A DNA stretch of 64,000 bases from Candidatus Latescibacterota bacterium (lineage in GTDB: Bacteria > Latescibacterota > CBDEFO01). Both the position numbers and the translations under genes were made by a program. Under the pieces are notes generated by a model that worked only from the letters and a program-made list of their open reading frames with translations, ran no database searches and had not been told where the DNA came from. Shown here one piece after another: positions 40,078-50,174 of this stretch (its first letter is position 1; each line of letters opens with the position of its first letter). The DNA lies in contig CBDEFO010000008.1 of the NCBI GenBank assembly GCA_965237525.1, forward strand, positions 1,472,001-1,536,000, written 5' to 3'.

Positions 40078-40797
40078 ATGAAAGGTTCCTGGTACATCTT
40101 AGAGGGCAGCAGGGCTAAAGACTTCATCAATCTGCTGCATATTCCCTATACCACGATGGTCTTTGCTTACGTGATCATAGGCGCGATGTGGGCCCCGACC
40201 TTCTATGTCGACCGATTGATCTGGATTTTAGCCGCTTACTTTCTGGGATTGGGCTGTGCCGCTCACTTCCTGGACGAGACGAGAGGACACCCCTGGGGCA
40301 CAAAGATACCAGACAGCGTTCTGTATGCGTTGTCGGCCTTCACGCTCAGCGCGGCTGTGGCTATCGGACTTTACTACGCCTGGAAGGTGAGCTACTGGCT
40401 GCTTTTCTTTATAGCCACTGAAAGTTTTTTCGCCTTGGCGTATAACCTGGAGTGGTTTAAGGGTAGATTCCACACCGACCTGTGGTTCTCGATAAGCTGG
40501 GGAGCGCTGCCCTTCCTCACCAGCTATTTTATCAACGCAGTCACCATCACGCTCGAATCGTTAGTTATGGCTGCCGTCCTTTCGGGGACTGCAGCTATAG
40601 AGATAACGCTGAGTCGTTGGATTAAGACATTTAGGCGGGGAAAAGATGTCGAAGGACTCGTCCTGAGCGACGGCACCAAGTTGCATGTCAGCACGTTGGA
40701 GCTCATTGCCAGTCCCCAGCGCGCTCTAAAGCTTATTGTGTGCACGACTGACTTTCTGGCCCTGGCTATGGTCATCAGGTTTTGGGTCTTCAGATAG
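40078..40797 (+). CDS. Integral membrane protein, possibly UbiA-prenyltransferase-like
   Basis: Multiple TM segments; LLHIPYT; AHFLDETRG; AYNLEWFKGRFHTD; next to a UbiE-like gene. Confidence 0.5.
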   Translation: MKGSWYILEGSRAKDFINLLHIPYTTMVFAYVIIGAMWAPTFYVDRLIWILAAYFLGLGCAAHFLDETRGHPWGTKIPDSVLYALSAFTLSAAVAIGLYYAWKVSYWLLFFIATESFFALAYNLEWFKGRFHTDLWFSISWGALPFLTSYFINAVTITLESLVMAAVLSGTAAIEITLSRWIKTFRRGKDVEGLVLSDGTKLHVSTLELIASPQRALKLIVCTTDFLALAMVIRFWVFR

Positions 40798-40849
40798 TTT
40801 AGGCTATCCTCAAATAGGGCAGTGTGCGGTGCATTTCAATAGTTTAATC

Positions 40850-40908
40850 AAAAAACATTGCTAAAATTGTTTTTTCAGCTTGACAAGGCTCTCCTTTTCT
40901 CGTATGTT
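40850..40908 (+). promoter_or_regulatory. SUF operon promoter with an upstream inverted repeat
   Basis: AAAAAACA-N10-TGTTTTTT (40850-40875), then TTGACA (40880)-17 bp-TATGTT. Confidence 0.6.
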
Positions 40909-40967
40909 TCTATTGCGAGGACGTTATAGTCTTACAGGTTTGAGACGATATTTAAGGAAAGTGATCT

Positions 40968-41594
40968 ATGTCTTTAGATACTGTGCTTGGAGAGACGCCC
41001 GGTGCACAGATCATCAGGCTGATACAGCATAATGGCACAGTTGGCATCAAGGAACTGGAGGCATCGTTGGGAGTGACCACTGGTGCAGTTCGTCATCAGC
41101 TTGGCCATCTCTTAGCTGAAGGCCTTATTGCCAAGCAGAGCGTGCACGGGGGAGTCGGGCGTCCCAAAGATGTATATCATCTTACAGAAAAGGGGCAGAA
41201 GCTCTTTCCCCGTGACTACGATGAGTTCCTGATCTCCTTACTGGAGGAGATATTGACTCTATACGGCAAGGAGGGACTCCATTCTCTGCTGAACAGTGTC
41301 GGGATGAGTATGGCAAGGAAGTATCTGGGACAGATTACGGGCGAGGGAATATCGGATCGTTTATCGCAACTGATAGTTTTGTTAAATCAGAAAGGGATGT
41401 TGGCAGAACTGAATCAGATCGGAGAGGAACTCACATTCAAAGTCTTTAGCTGTCCCTATCACGAATTGGTCCAGGATCATCGAGAGATCTGTGAGATGGA
41501 GCAGGAGATGATGACCAGAGTTCTGAACGCAGATGTGGAGTTATCTGAGTGCATGATGGATGGAAGCGAGTGCTGTGACTTCAGTGTAAAATAG
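40968..41594 (+). CDS. SufR-like HTH regulator with Fe-S ligands
   Basis: [23 protein letters not shown]...IC...C...CC; heads the suf operon. Confidence 0.8.
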   Translation: MSLDTVLGETPGAQIIRLIQHNGTVGIKELEASLGVTTGAVRHQLGHLLAEGLIAKQSVHGGVGRPKDVYHLTEKGQKLFPRDYDEFLISLLEEILTLYGKEGLHSLLNSVGMSMARKYLGQITGEGISDRLSQLIVLLNQKGMLAELNQIGEELTFKVFSCPYHELVQDHREICEMEQEMMTRVLNADVELSECMMDGSECCDFSVK

Positions 41595-41674
41595 GTTGCA
41601 ATAGTCGAATCAGTCCCCCGATTGATTCTATTGGGGATAGTTTGATTCTATCAGGAAGGGGAGTTAAAAGAAAT

Positions 41675-42499
41675 ATGGGGATAGAATTTGCTGTTAAGAA
41701 CCTGAAGGTAAATGTAGAAGGCAAAGAGATACTAAAGGGAGTGAATCTGAACGTAAAGCAGGGGGAGATACATGCTCTTATGGGTCCCAACGGCTCGGGG
41801 AAGAGCACCTTGGCCTACTGCCTTATGGGGCATCCAAAATACGAAGCGACCGAAGGGGAGGTGCTCTTCGACGGGGAGAACATTCTTGAAAGTTCGCCTG
41901 ACGAGCGCGCCCAAAAAGGTCTTTTCCTTGCGTTTCAGTATCCCACATCTATACCGGGAGTCAGCGTGGCCAACTTCCTTCGCATGGCTGTCAGCGCTGT
42001 GCGGATAGGCCACGAAGATGGCAGTGATACTATCAAGCTGATCCCGATGCGGGAATTCCGCAAGGAGTTAAGGGGGATGATGAATCAGTTGGGGATGGAT
42101 GTCTCCTTTGGCAGACGGTATCTGAACGACGGCTTTTCAGGCGGCGAAAAGAAGCGGGCAGAGATACTTCAAATGGCGATACTCAAGCCGAAGATAGCCG
42201 TTTTAGATGAGACAGATTCAGGATTGGACATAGACGCTGTAAGGACGGTCTCAGAGGGAGTAAATCGCCTGATAGGGCCCGATCTTGGAGTTTTGATCAT
42301 TACTCACTACCAGAGGATATTAAACTATATCGAGCCCGACTTTGTTCACATAATGATGGACGGTCAGGTGGTCGAATCGGGCGGTCCCGAGCTTGCCCAC
42401 GAATTAGAGGCCAATGGCTATGACGGGATTCGAGAGAAGCATGGTATTAAAGCAGAAGACGTCTCTGAGAACGTCGAAACTATAGATGAGGAGGATTAA
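41675..42499 (+). CDS. sufC: Fe-S assembly ATPase SufC
   Basis: [38 protein letters not shown]. Confidence 0.97.
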   Translation: MGIEFAVKNLKVNVEGKEILKGVNLNVKQGEIHALMGPNGSGKSTLAYCLMGHPKYEATEGEVLFDGENILESSPDERAQKGLFLAFQYPTSIPGVSVANFLRMAVSAVRIGHEDGSDTIKLIPMREFRKELRGMMNQLGMDVSFGRRYLNDGFSGGEKKRAEILQMAILKPKIAVLDETDSGLDIDAVRTVSEGVNRLIGPDLGVLIITHYQRILNYIEPDFVHIMMDGQVVESGGPELAHELEANGYDGIREKHGIKAEDVSENVETIDEED

Positions 42500-42503
42500 G
42501 ATT

Positions 42504-43925
42504 ATGGTAGAGCAAACAGTCACGGAAGGGACGAAGGACGTTGGTGTTTCCAGCGAATATAAGTACGGGTTTCACGACCCGGATAAATCTGTGTTCAAGG
42601 CCGAAAAGGGACTCAGTAGAGAGCTCGTATGTCAGATCTCCGAGATGAAGAGCGAGCCTGACTGGATGCGGGACTATCGGCTTCAGGCTCTGGACATCTT
42701 CTATCAGAAGCCTATGCCCAACTGGGGCGGCCATCTGGGCGATCTGGACTTCGATAACATCTACTACTACGTCAAGCCATCAGATGGAGTGGAGCGTTCG
42801 TGGGACGATGTTCCGGACGACATCAAAAAGACCTTTGACCGTCTTGGCATCCCTGAGGCGGAAAAGAAGTTTTTGGCCGGAGTCGGCGCTCAGTACGACT
42901 CTGAGGTGGTCTATCACAGCCTGAAGGAAGATCTGGAGAAACAGGGCGTTATCTTCGCGGATACTGACACGGCGGTCAGGGAGTACCCCGATCTTGTGAA
43001 GGAGTATTTCGGAACGATTATTCCGTCTTCAGACAATAAGTTTGCCGCACTGAACACCGCTGTCTGGAGCGGCGGAAGTTTTATCTATGTCCCGCCTGGT
43101 ATAACCGTAGACGTTCCGCTTCAGGCGTATTTCAGGATCAATACTGAGAATATGGGACAGTTCGAACGCACGCTAATCATAGTGGATGAGGGGAGCCAGG
43201 TCCATTACGTGGAGGGCTGCACAGCTCCTACCTACTCCAGCGAGTCTCTGCACAGCGCGGTCGTTGAGATCGTCTGCAAGCCCAACTCTCGCGTAAGATA
43301 CACCACGATACAGAACTGGGCTAACAACGTCTATAATCTGGTGACAAAGCGGGCTGTGGCGTACGAGGACTCCCTTATGGAGTGGGTGGACGGCAATTTG
43401 GGCAGCAAGCTGACGATGAAATATCCCAGCGTCTATATGCTCGGCAAAGGGGCAAGGGGCGAGATTTTGTCCATCGCCTTTGCCGGAAATGGTCAGCATC
43501 AGGACGCGGGGGGAAAGGTTGTTCACGGCGCTCCTTATACCTCATCCAGGATCACGTCTAAGTCCATAAGCAAAGACGGCGGGCGCGCAAGCTACAGGGG
43601 CCTTTTGAAGGTGGCCGATGGGGCTTATGGTTCCAAGTCGAACGTGGTCTGCGACGCCCTGCTATTGGATGAGGAGTCCCGTTCGGATACCTATCCTGTC
43701 ATCGAGATAGATGAAAACGACGTTTCGATCGGACACGAGGCTACGGTCAGCAAGATCGGAGATGAGCAGTTGTTCTACCTTATGAGCAGAGGTCTGAGCG
43801 AAGCGGAGGCCGCCACGATGATCGTCAGCGGCTTCATAGAGCCCCTGGTCAAAGAACTTCCAATGGAGTACGCGGTCGAGATGAACAGACTGATCGAACT
43901 CCAGATGGAGGGCTCTATCGGATAA
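42504..43925 (+). CDS. sufB: Fe-S assembly protein SufB
   Basis: [49 protein letters not shown]. Confidence 0.97.
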   Translation: MVEQTVTEGTKDVGVSSEYKYGFHDPDKSVFKAEKGLSRELVCQISEMKSEPDWMRDYRLQALDIFYQKPMPNWGGHLGDLDFDNIYYYVKPSDGVERSWDDVPDDIKKTFDRLGIPEAEKKFLAGVGAQYDSEVVYHSLKEDLEKQGVIFADTDTAVREYPDLVKEYFGTIIPSSDNKFAALNTAVWSGGSFIYVPPGITVDVPLQAYFRINTENMGQFERTLIIVDEGSQVHYVEGCTAPTYSSESLHSAVVEIVCKPNSRVRYTTIQNWANNVYNLVTKRAVAYEDSLMEWVDGNLGSKLTMKYPSVYMLGKGARGEILSIAFAGNGQHQDAGGKVVHGAPYTSSRITSKSISKDGGRASYRGLLKVADGAYGSKSNVVCDALLLDEESRSDTYPVIEIDENDVSIGHEATVSKIGDEQLFYLMSRGLSEAEAATMIVSGFIEPLVKELPMEYAVEMNRLIELQMEGSIG

Positions 43926-44034
43926 CGAAGAAAGTAGACAGTAGGGGCAGGGTTACCCTGCCCCTACATAGAGTGAGTAAATTGGGCGAACACATGGGTT
44001 CGCCCCTACTTGGCGATGGAGGAAAGGCAATAGA

Positions 44035-45366
44035 GTGAGTCCACCGGAATCAGTTGTAGAGCGTAAAGACGATTTTTTGCAAGCAGTTGAAGCTCTTTTG
44101 AGCCGCAAAGATGAACCTGAATGGGTCAGAAGTAAGCGCTGGGAGTCCTGGGAGATATTTGAGAGTCTCCCTATGCCCAGCAGCAATGAAGAGGAATGGC
44201 GGCGCTCAGACCTAAGAGCTTTGAAATTGCAACAATTTTCGGCGCTGGCGAAGGATACAAAGAGTCATCTCCCGGAATCCTTGAAGACTGATAGCGATAA
44301 GAACGGGAAAATTGGCGGTATCTTAGTTCAGAACGATGGATTTCCCCATTACCGCGACATAAAGGATGATCTGGCGCATCGGGGAGTCATCTTAACCGAT
44401 CTACAGACAGCGGCAAAAGAGCGCCCAGATCTGGTTGAGCCTCACTTTATGACAGATGGCGTGACGCCGGGGTACAATAAGTTCACGGCTCTTCACGGGG
44501 CGCTGTGGACAGGCGGCGTCTTTCTATATGTCCCCAAGGGAGTAGAGGTAGAACTGCCTTTAAAGTTCTTGGTGGGTCTGACAGAACCGGGGCAGGCAGA
44601 TTTCTCTCACACGCTTATTATAGCCGATGAGGGCAGCCAGGTTACCTTAACTCAGGAGGACATCTCGACCAAGGGAGATGCCCCGGGGCTGCATATCGGC
44701 GCGCTCGAAATATTCGTCAAACCCGGAGCAGATGTAAATTACCTGAAAGTACAAAATTGGAATCAGAAGGTCTGGAACTTCTCACACGAAAGAGCTATAG
44801 TCTCCAGAGATGCTAACTTACGATGGGTCAGCGGGGCGTTCGGGAGCCGCTTTTCCAAGCTCAATCAGGAGGTTACGCTCGATGGATCCGGCAGCCATGC
44901 TGAGATGTTAGGTGTGCTCTTTTCAAATAGACGTCAGCACATAGACTTCCACACCGGACAGCAGCATAAGGCTCCTCACACCACAAGTGACCTCCTCTAC
45001 AAGGGAGCCCTCAAAGATAGATCCCGCTCTGTGTGGCGGGGTATGATAAGGGTCCATCCGCACGCTCAAAGGACGGACGCCTATCAAGTCAACAACAATC
45101 TAATTTTAAGCAAGGACGCCCGCGCAGATTCCATACCGGGTCTTGAGATAGAGGCGGACGACGTCCGCTGCACACACGGAGCGACCATAGGCCAGCTAGA
45201 TGAAGAACAGTTCTTCTATCTTATGAGCCGGGGGATCCCTCATAAAGCTGCCGAGCGCATGATAATAGAGGGATTCTTCGAGCAGGTCTTCGAGCGCATC
45301 CCCGTCGAAAGTGTAAAGGAAGATCTCAGGACGGCAGTTGAGCGAAAACTGCTCGGCATAATATAG
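44035..45366 (+). CDS. sufD: Fe-S assembly protein SufD
   Basis: EEWR; VFLYVPKG; DSIPGLEIEADDVRCTHGAT; FYLMSRGI. Confidence 0.95.
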   Translation: MSPPESVVERKDDFLQAVEALLSRKDEPEWVRSKRWESWEIFESLPMPSSNEEEWRRSDLRALKLQQFSALAKDTKSHLPESLKTDSDKNGKIGGILVQNDGFPHYRDIKDDLAHRGVILTDLQTAAKERPDLVEPHFMTDGVTPGYNKFTALHGALWTGGVFLYVPKGVEVELPLKFLVGLTEPGQADFSHTLIIADEGSQVTLTQEDISTKGDAPGLHIGALEIFVKPGADVNYLKVQNWNQKVWNFSHERAIVSRDANLRWVSGAFGSRFSKLNQEVTLDGSGSHAEMLGVLFSNRRQHIDFHTGQQHKAPHTTSDLLYKGALKDRSRSVWRGMIRVHPHAQRTDAYQVNNNLILSKDARADSIPGLEIEADDVRCTHGATIGQLDEEQFFYLMSRGIPHKAAERMIIEGFFEQVFERIPVESVKEDLRTAVERKLLGII

Positions 45367-45438
45367 ATTCGTAGATAGAAATTCGATTCAGGCGTTAATC
45401 CGAACAAGTGTGAGCTTAATCAAAAGGAGAGGGAATAT

Positions 45439-46281
45439 ATGGCAGAATATGCACATCCTGAAGTGCTAGTTTCCACTGACTGGGTTGCAGAACACTTGGA
45501 TGATTCCAATGTCAGGATCGTAGAATCCGACGAGGATGTCTTGCTTTACGACATCGGACACGTCCCGGGATCTGTCAAGGTGGACTGGCACACAGAACTC
45601 AATGACCCTGTTGTGCGCGACTACGTGGATAAGGGGGGCTTTGAAGAGCTGATGTCCAAAAAGGGCATATCCAACAATACATCAGTTGTGTTCTACGGCG
45701 ATAGGAACAACTGGTGGGCGTGCTACGCTTTCTGGGTCTTCAAGCTCTTCGGGCACGAAAAATGTCTCGTTATGAACGGAGGCCGTCAGAAGTGGATAGA
45801 TGAGGAAAGGGAGCTGACAAGGGATGTTCCGAGTTATCCTGCTACAAGCTATACACCTAAAGACCCCGACTACAGCATCCGAGCCTTCCGGGAGGAGGTG
45901 CTGGGATACACCGCGAACAATCCGCTGGTGGATGTCCGCTCTCCCAAGGAGTACACCGGGGAGCTAATCCACATGGAGGATTATCCGCAGGAGGGAGCTT
46001 TAAGGGGAGGTCATATCCCAGGTGCTGCGAATGTCCCCTGGGCAAGAGCCGCAAACGAGGATCAGACCTTCAAATCCGCCGATGAACTCCTGGCGATATA
46101 CCGGGATGAGAACAACGTCAAGTCCGATGACGATGTCATCGTTTACTGCCGAATCGGTGAAAGGTCGTCCCATACGTGGTTCGTGCTGACTTACCTTTTG
46201 GGGTATCCCAGCGTGCGAAACTACGACGGATCGTGGACAGAATGGGGCAACCTTGTGAAGGTCCCTATCGAAAAGCCGTAA
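45439..46281 (+). CDS. Double-domain rhodanese/sulfurtransferase (SseA/CysA type)
   Basis: [44 protein letters not shown]. Confidence 0.95.
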   Translation: MAEYAHPEVLVSTDWVAEHLDDSNVRIVESDEDVLLYDIGHVPGSVKVDWHTELNDPVVRDYVDKGGFEELMSKKGISNNTSVVFYGDRNNWWACYAFWVFKLFGHEKCLVMNGGRQKWIDEERELTRDVPSYPATSYTPKDPDYSIRAFREEVLGYTANNPLVDVRSPKEYTGELIHMEDYPQEGALRGGHIPGAANVPWARAANEDQTFKSADELLAIYRDENNVKSDDDVIVYCRIGERSSHTWFVLTYLLGYPSVRNYDGSWTEWGNLVKVPIEKP

Positions 46282-46403
46282 TCGAGTTAGAAGGGATTCA
46301 AAGGATTGGGATTTCTGATCTTGCAGATAGATGTATTTCAAACTTGGGGAACTGTTGTCCTATTTTTGAAACATACCTCCCTCGAAATAAAAGGTCAAAG
46401 TAA

Positions 46404-46850
46404 TTGGATCAGGCGGAACGGGAAGAGCGTATCGAATTTATCATGGATCACTACGAGGATCCGAGAAATTATGGTAGGCTGGAAGACGCAGATGCAATAC
46501 AAAAGGGCGGTAATCCCGGCTGTGCGGATATTATCGTTATCTATCTGAAGGTCGGAGAGGATGGTCTAATAGAGGCAATCAGATTCGAAGGCGAAGGATG
46601 CACCTTAAGTATGGCTGCGGCTTCTATAGTAATGGAGATGGTCGAAGGCAAAACGCTGGATGAGATCAAGGCGCTGCCTCACGATACAATAATAGACATT
46701 TTAGGCCGTGAGATAGCCCTGACGCGGCCCCGCTGTTCGACGTTGGGCTTAAATACCGTAAGGCTGGCGATTGAAAAGTATCGTCAAGATCAAATGTTAA
46801 AGGAGATCGAAGCTCACAGGAGCCTATCAGAAGACTCAAAGGGCGATTAA
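46404..46850 (+). CDS. IscU/NifU-N-like scaffold protein
   Basis: DHYEDPRNYG; NPGCAD; GEGCTLS; RPRC; lacks the SufU insertion. Confidence 0.85.
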   Translation: MDQAEREERIEFIMDHYEDPRNYGRLEDADAIQKGGNPGCADIIVIYLKVGEDGLIEAIRFEGEGCTLSMAAASIVMEMVEGKTLDEIKALPHDTIIDILGREIALTRPRCSTLGLNTVRLAIEKYRQDQMLKEIEAHRSLSEDSKGD

Positions 46851-46865
46851 ACCTCTTGCATAAAA

Positions 46866-47177
46866 ATGAGTGACTTTGTCAAGATAGCTGAGGTGGGAGA
46901 ACTTTCTCCCGGTGAGAAGAAATTAGTGGAGGTGGAGGGACTGGCGATAGCTCTTTTTAACGTGGACGGTGAGTATTACGCAATAGATGATGTGTGTACG
47001 CACGACGGCGGTCCCCTGGCTGAGGGAGAGCTGGACGGCGAAGAGATAGAATGTCCCAGACACGGCGCCAGGTTTAACGTAAAGACAGGAGAAGCACTCT
47101 GCATGCCGGCGTTTGAGTCTGTGGAGACATACGAGGTTGTGGTCGAAGGATCGGATGTAAAGATCTCTATCGAATAA
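46866..47177 (+). CDS. Rieske-type ferredoxin
   Basis: CTH...CPRH. Confidence 0.95.
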   Translation: MSDFVKIAEVGELSPGEKKLVEVEGLAIALFNVDGEYYAIDDVCTHDGGPLAEGELDGEEIECPRHGARFNVKTGEALCMPAFESVETYEVVVEGSDVKISIE

Positions 47178-47198
47178 TTTCCCGCAAAGGACGAACAA

Positions 47199-47498
47199 AT
47201 GGTCACAGAGGATAAAATCAAAGAGATGCTCAAGGGAGTAAAGGACCCTGAAGTCGGATTGAACATAGTGGATATGGGTCTTATCTATAATGTAGACATC
47301 AGTGGGTCTAAGGTGGACATCGAAATGACCCTGACGAGCCCAGCATGTCCGGCGGGTCCTCAGATACTGTCGGAGATCGATATGTCCTTGAAGGAGTTAG
47401 AGGACATAGACGACGTAAATATAAATGTCGTCTGGTCTCCGCCCTGGGATCCCTCCAGGATGAGCGAAGACGGCAAGGACGAATTAGGCATCTTTTAA
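47199..47498 (+). CDS. sufT: SufT/DUF59 Fe-S assembly factor
   Basis: DPE...GLIY...TLTSPACP...W.PPW. Confidence 0.9.
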   Translation: MVTEDKIKEMLKGVKDPEVGLNIVDMGLIYNVDISGSKVDIEMTLTSPACPAGPQILSEIDMSLKELEDIDDVNINVVWSPPWDPSRMSEDGKDELGIF

Positions 47499-47670
47499 AT
47501 AAGGCGAAGGTTAGCGACCCCCCTTATTAAGGGGGGATACAGGCATCTTACGCAAAAATCCTGCCGGGTTGTCTTTGGGGTGACACGAAGACACTAACTT
47601 TGTGAGCCTTTGTGACTTGGTGGCTGAAGATCCTTAGCCTATCTTGCGAATTTGAGGTCGAGGCTGACCC

Positions 47671-48897
47671 ATGGATATAGAGAAAGTCAGAGAGGATATT
47701 CCCATCCTCAAGCGAAAGGTCTACGGGAAACCGCTGGTCTATCTTGACAGCGCGGCTACCTCTCAGAAACCGCGGTGCGTAATAGACGCTCTTAAAAACT
47801 ATTATGAGATGGAGAACGCCAACGTCCACAGAGGGATACACGCTCTCAGCGAAATAGCCACAGAGAAGTACGAAAAAGCGCGGGATAAGGTCGCCATATT
47901 TATAAACGCTAAGGATCGAGAAAGTGTTATCTTTGTGAAGAACGCCACTGAGGCTATCAACCTTGTAGCTCGAAGTTGGGGCGTAAAAAACATCAGAGAA
48001 GGTGACGAGATTCTGCTCACCCAGATGGAGCACCACAGCAATTTGGTCCCATGGCAAATGATAGCGAAACAGACCGGTGCCGAACTGAAATTCATCAGGA
48101 TAAAGCCAGACGGAACGCTGAATTTAGAAGGCATCGAGATCTTGATTACCCCATGTACCAAGATAGTGGGGTTGACGCAGGTGTCCAATGTCCTGGGAAC
48201 GATCAATCCGGTGGAGGAGATCACAGAGATTGCCCATCAAAAGGGAGCCGTAGTGTTAATAGACGGAGCGCAGAGTGTGCCTCATATGCCCGTCGATGTC
48301 CAGAGGATAGATTGCGATTTTATGGCCTTTTCAGGACACAAGATGATGGGACCCACAGGCGTCGGGGTACTCTACGGGAAGAGGGAGCTTTTAGAGGAGA
48401 TGGACCCGTTTTTAGGCGGTGGAGAGATGATCCGTGAAGTTAGATGGGACTCTTCCACCTGGAACGACCTGCCCTGGAAGTTCGAGGCTGGAACTCCCAA
48501 CATAGCCCAGGCGATCGGTCTGGGCGTAGCTGTTGACTACCTGCAGAGCTTGTGTATGGAAAAGATCAGAGAGCACGAACGCCAACTTCTGGAATATGCT
48601 CTCCAGCAGATAGGCGCTTTAGATGGGGTGGAGATATATGGCCCAAGAGATGAAAGGGGAGGTGTGGTCTCCTTCAATCTGGAGGGCATCCATCCGCACG
48701 ACCTTTCGACTATCCTGGATCAGGAAGGCGTAGCGATAAGGGCAGGACACCACTGTGCTATGCCGCTGATGCGGAGACTGGGAGTAAGCGCGACGGCGCG
48801 GGCAAGCCTCTATATCTATAACAACCAATGGGATGTTGATGTCTTAGTCGAAGGCTTAAAGACAGCAAAGGAGCTTTTAACTCGTGTCCCTGCATGA
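47671..48897 (+). CDS. sufS: Cysteine desulfurase SufS
   Basis: YLDSAATSQKP; MEHHSN; FSGHKM; FEAGTP; RAGHHCA. Confidence 0.97.
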   Translation: MDIEKVREDIPILKRKVYGKPLVYLDSAATSQKPRCVIDALKNYYEMENANVHRGIHALSEIATEKYEKARDKVAIFINAKDRESVIFVKNATEAINLVARSWGVKNIREGDEILLTQMEHHSNLVPWQMIAKQTGAELKFIRIKPDGTLNLEGIEILITPCTKIVGLTQVSNVLGTINPVEEITEIAHQKGAVVLIDGAQSVPHMPVDVQRIDCDFMAFSGHKMMGPTGVGVLYGKRELLEEMDPFLGGGEMIREVRWDSSTWNDLPWKFEAGTPNIAQAIGLGVAVDYLQSLCMEKIREHERQLLEYALQQIGALDGVEIYGPRDERGGVVSFNLEGIHPHDLSTILDQEGVAIRAGHHCAMPLMRRLGVSATARASLYIYNNQWDVDVLVEGLKTAKELLTRVPA

Positions 48898-49315
48898 TCT
48901 TTATCAAGAGACCATCTTGGATCACTACCAGAGTCCGAGCAATAAAGGGGAATTGACAGACCCCGATATTAAAGTGGAGGAGTACAACCCTGTCTGTGGT
49001 GATCAGATTGAGATTTACGTAAAGATTGAGGGCAACGGGATAAAGGCAATCAAGTTCTCCGGTCAAGGATGCGCCATAAGCCAGGCCTCTGCCTCGATGA
49101 TGATGGAGGGAATAGAGGGAAAGAGCCTTAAGGAAGCCCAAGAATTTGTAGAGGATTTCAGAATGATGATGCGGGGCGATAAGCCATTTGAAGATGAAGA
49201 TTTAGGAGACCTCGAGTCTTTAAAGGGAGTCATAAAGTTTCCAATACGTGTCAAGTGCGCTACCTTAGCGTGGAGCGCTCTTGAAAAGGGCATAAAAGAA
49301 TACAAAAAAGGGTAA
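48884..49315 (+). CDS. sufU: SufU sulfur-transfer protein
   Basis: LYQETILDH; NPVCGD; GCAISQAS; helical insertion; FPIRVKCA; overlaps sufS. Confidence 0.92.
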   Translation: MSLHDLYQETILDHYQSPSNKGELTDPDIKVEEYNPVCGDQIEIYVKIEGNGIKAIKFSGQGCAISQASASMMMEGIEGKSLKEAQEFVEDFRMMMRGDKPFEDEDLGDLESLKGVIKFPIRVKCATLAWSALEKGIKEYKKG

Positions 49316-49340
49316 GAGCAACAGAAAAGAGGTTAAGAAG

Positions 49341-49664
49341 ATGATAACAGTGACAGATTCAGCAGCCGAGAAGATCAAGAGCATGTTGGAAGAAAAAGGA
49401 CATGCTGAATACGGCTTAAGGATGATGGTAGTGGGAGGAGGGTGCTCAGGATTTCAGTATCGCCTTGAGTATGAAGAGGCTCCCAAAGAGTCCGACAGGG
49501 TAATAGAGTGCAAAGGTGTCAAGGTCTTTGTGGACATGAAGAGTTCGTTATATCTTGCTGGTTCACAGCTGGATTATACCGATGGATTGATGGGGGCAGG
49601 CTTCAAGATAGAAAATCCTAATGCCAAGTCAACCTGCGGCTGTGGCGAATCCTTCAGCGCGTAG
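49341..49664 (+). CDS. A-type Fe-S carrier (IscA/SufA/ErpA)
   Basis: GGCSG; NPNA..CGCGESF. Confidence 0.95.
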   Translation: MITVTDSAAEKIKSMLEEKGHAEYGLRMMVVGGGCSGFQYRLEYEEAPKESDRVIECKGVKVFVDMKSSLYLAGSQLDYTDGLMGAGFKIENPNAKSTCGCGESFSA

Positions 49665-49710
49665 GTTTGAACCTAAAATGGATACCGAAAAATGTTGAGG
49701 AGGGAAGAAG

Positions 49711-49944
49711 ATGACCTACACAATAGCTGAGCCCTGCATCGGCGTGAAAGACACCGCTTGCGTTGATGTGTGTCCTGTTGACTGCATATATGAGGGCGAG
49801 GATCAACTCTATATCCATCCTGACGAGTGCATAGACTGCGGGGCTTGCGAGCCTGAATGCCCGGTAGAGGCGATCTTTGAGGAATCGGAGGTACCTGCCG
49901 AATGGGACTCCTACACACAGAAGAACGCTGATTTCTTCAAGTAA
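49711..49944 (+). CDS. Dicluster ferredoxin (FdxA type)
   Basis: [29 protein letters not shown]. Confidence 0.95.
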   Translation: MTYTIAEPCIGVKDTACVDVCPVDCIYEGEDQLYIHPDECIDCGACEPECPVEAIFEESEVPAEWDSYTQKNADFFK

Positions 49945-50174
49945 GCATTCATCCCTAATGGGAACGCCTGATGTGATTTTTGAACTAATAGCCCTCTAAA
50001 GTGTCTAATAGGTATAGATCATCAGGAACTCCAGTTCGCTCAATTTTGTGAAAAATTCTTATTTGAGGGATCATTTACTTATTTGTTGTTGACAGGAGCA
50101 GCATACTTTTGTTATATTTTCGTTTTACGGTAATCTAGTTAAAGGGATAACAAAGCTTTAAGGGAGTTATTTGT

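Noticed and set aside
50046..50063. Rex operator upstream of the oxidoreductase
   Set aside because: Only the TTGTGAA half matches; the spacing and second half are poor.
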